DNA from: Raillietiella orientalis
Lineage: Eukaryota
NCBI GenBank assembly: GCA_036172245.1
Contig: JAYWIR010000103.1
Coordinates: 1-64,000 of the forward strand
DNA: 64,000 nt
Direction of reading: 5' to 3'
The notes beneath the pieces are model-generated. The model saw nothing but the letters and a program-made list of their open reading frames with translations, was not told where the DNA came from and did no database searches. Shown here in pieces: positions 61,313 through 64,000 of the stretch (its first letter is position 1; each line of letters begins with the position of its first letter). The position numbers and the translations under genes were made by a program.

Positions 61313-64000
61313 TTTACACCCGGGTACGCCCGGGGCGTTTATTTTTAAAAAAACTCTACATCCGCGGTACAAGGCCCCGCTCGCGGCTATATGCACTGGA
61401 CCTGACGGGACGCTGGGACGCAGCCCAGCGTAGCGTTCCTCAGCAGCGAAGGGGGATGGGGATAAAACAAAAAGAAAAATAAAAAACATAAACAGACAAA
61501 AAGAAGTTGGAGGGCAGGGAAGGGATCACTGAACGCTGTGAGGAGGGCCCATCCGTTGAAGGAAGCCCTTGAGGTCCGTCCGTATATTCCCCAGTTGGGG
61601 CCATCCGGCAGCTCTCCGCATGAAGCGTTGGGCGTATGGGACGACATCCCTCGCGTGTGGACCCACTCCTTCGTTATTGGCGTCGCTCCATGCCGCCACG
61701 ATGCCACGGACACAGCACAAGGCTGCGATGGCTGCGAATGGCTGCAGTGCGTCCTTCACGAAGAGGGGCCGAAGAACGTCTCTGGGGGTGCTGCCCGTAG
61801 GGAGCCCTAGGGTCGCCCCGAACCGTTCCCAGAGGGGTCGGATGGCAGCACAATCCACAATAAGGTGGGGAAGCGACTCCCGCTCCCCGCACCTAGCACA
61901 CGCAGGATCCACAGCTCCCCTCGTCCAGTGGAAGCGGCGCGCGTTGCAGTGTAGACCCCAGTGCAACAAAAGCAACGCCGACTCTTGCCACTTAAGGAGC
62001 AGGATCCTGGATTCCTTTAATACCGGGGGCCACTTCAGCACATCTTTAGGGATGGCGAGCAGCTCGCACCATCTCATTAGTCCACGCGGCTGGACGCTCG
62101 GGGTCGTGGCGTCCGCCAGTTCTCCTGTGGTCCAGCCGCTTAACATCTCCCTGCCTGCGATCTGGCAGGTGACTTGCCACCTCGGCTTCTGGCAATCCTG
62201 AAGCGCCCTTAAGAGGTAGGGCATCGCCGTAGCAAGAGGGGTCGTCAACGCCCACCTGCGACTCCGAGGAAATTCCAGTATTTCCCGCAGGGTGCGGTTG
62301 GCGTATGGGCCGATTCGCAGGCAGTTCATGTGGTTTTCGCTCCTCCGGTCCAGCTTAGCCCATGTGCCAGCAGACTCCTCTAACCAGGCGGAGGAGTTGG
62401 CGAAGCCACAAACCATCCAACCGTTCGTCTTCGCCAAGGTTGCTATGCGTCCGAGCATAAGGCCGCATCTTCGGATCTTCCGGCCAGGGCACAGAAGACA
62501 CGACGCGAGTCCTTCGCATCGGGACACACGCCTGGCGAGGTGGCGGGCCGGAACGCACCAAGGGGTGCTCCACATCTTCGCTGCGATGGCGAGGGTTCGC
62601 CACCGCAGCTGGATTTCCACGCGTTCCAGCGTCAGAAGGCCAAGACCGCCGTCCGGACGCGGAGCGCACAAGTCCTGCAGAGGGACTCGGGGCCTCCCCT
62701 TGCCCCAAAGGGCGATGCGGAGGAGGTCCTTCGTCCTCTTTTTGCATTCTCTGGTGGCGGGGCAAACAAAAAGCAAGGGGCGGAGGATGGGGGCCGCGAA
62801 GGCGTTCCAAACCGCGGCCCGTTCCGGCAAGTAAAACTTGCCTTCCAGGAACGGGCCGATCGCCGTCTCGACTTTTTGAAGACAGCTGGGCCACGCCTCC
62901 GCAGGGGAGTAGTCACCCAACGGCACACCAAGGTACTTGATGCACCTCGCCGTGGGGATCCCCAGACGGACCCAGTCCTGCTGCCCTGCCCACGCCGCAC
63001 CTACTGGCACCACCGACGACTTCGCCCTGTTGACCTGCAGTCCGGTCCCACGGCTGAGCAGATCGAAGAAGTCTCCGACCGCCTTCGCCGGGGTGGACAT
63101 AGGTAACAGGAGCAGAAGTTCGTCGGCATAGGCTGCTACGGCGGGCGTGCCGGGACAGGAGCTAGGCAAGGAGGCCAAAGTCACCCTGTAGGCTCTCAGC
63201 ACCGACTCAAATTAGGTGCAGAAGAGCAGGGGACTCAGGCTATCTCCCTGCCTGATGCCCCGCCGCACCGGCACGCAATGCACCTTCTGACCGCTGAAAG
63301 AGACGGAAATTATCGCATGGCGCCAGCAGGAGCGCAGGTAATTGATCAAGGAGGGTGGGAAGCCCATGCGACCCAGGAGCTCCAACAAAAGCCTCTAATC
63401 AACACAGTCGAACGCCTTATGGAGATCGACTGCGAGCGCTAAGGCCCCCTTCCCCGCCCGGGAGTCCATTCCCTGCCCTGCTGGCGGCCCCAAAGTGGGG
63501 TTGCCGATTTTTCCTTTCCCTTCCTTTTGACACCTCTGCGCGTGCATCCACGTGCTCGCGAAGAAGAGTTTGGCATCCATACTTCGCCCGGGAACAGCAT
63601 ATGTCTGCTCCGGGCTAATAATGGATTCTGCCACCTGCCCCAGACGCGAAGCCCATAGCCCGGCAACCAACTTGGCGTCCGTATTCACAATCGTGATCGG
63701 ACGCCAGTTGTTCAAATTCCTAAGGTCTCGCCCTTTCGGAAAGAGCCTCACTCTGGCTGACCGAAACGAGGCGGGAACATCGCCTTCGTCTCGGATCAGC
63801 CTTGTCAGCTGAAGCAGCAGGGGTGCCAGCTCTTCCGCGAAGCTCTGATAGAACTCCGCGGGCAAGCCGTCTTCCCCTGGAGCTTTCCGCCTCTTGAGCC
63901 TTTTGATACCGGCGAGAATTTCGCCGGAGGTAAAAGGCTCATCGAGGCTTAACGACTCCTCCTCCCCTATTGCCGGGGCAACATCCGGAAGCAAGAGCCG
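61313..64000 (-). mobile_element. D-like LINE (divergent subfamily), RT to 3' end; continues beyond the window
   Basis: KAPGEDG, DLHKAFD, AYADE, CARCGERESLPHLIVDC; 3' end aataaacgccccgggcgtacccgggtgtaa. Confidence 0.9.

Noticed and set aside
1..64000. rRNA, tRNA, snRNA or telomeric-repeat targets typical of site-specific LINEs
   Set aside because: None recognised; all readable flanks are LINE coding sequence

Overview
The whole 64 kb is a nested mosaic of about 25 full-length, truncated or split copies of eukaryotic non-LTR retrotransposons (LINEs). They have L1/Tx1-type architecture: ORF1 with an RRM-like region and CCHC knuckles, and ORF2 with an APE endonuclease, a YADD reverse transcriptase and a C-terminal CxxC..H...C motif. 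I found no host gene or unique spacer DNA. By eye the copies fall into about 7 families (my labels A-G), and nearly all carry stops or frameshifts. The nesting is not random. Family E joins the same nucleotide of other families' endonuclease gene (AQEI^, 4 junctions). Family B joins one site in family-E ORF1 (6 junctions). C sits in the RT KAFD motif and D in the RT DAKLL motif. Insertions are almost always antisense to the host, with 9-12 bp TSDs and head-to-tail tandems at regenerated sites. Most families end in AATAAA + a CCCGG-loop-CCGGG hairpin + only 2-5 A. Their 5' ends carry a DPE-like GGACGTG that lies exactly at +28 from an Initiator-like motif, which in at least three cases is supplied by the target's antisense strand. 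Family assignments and boundaries are by eye and may be off by a few bp. The host organism cannot be determined.
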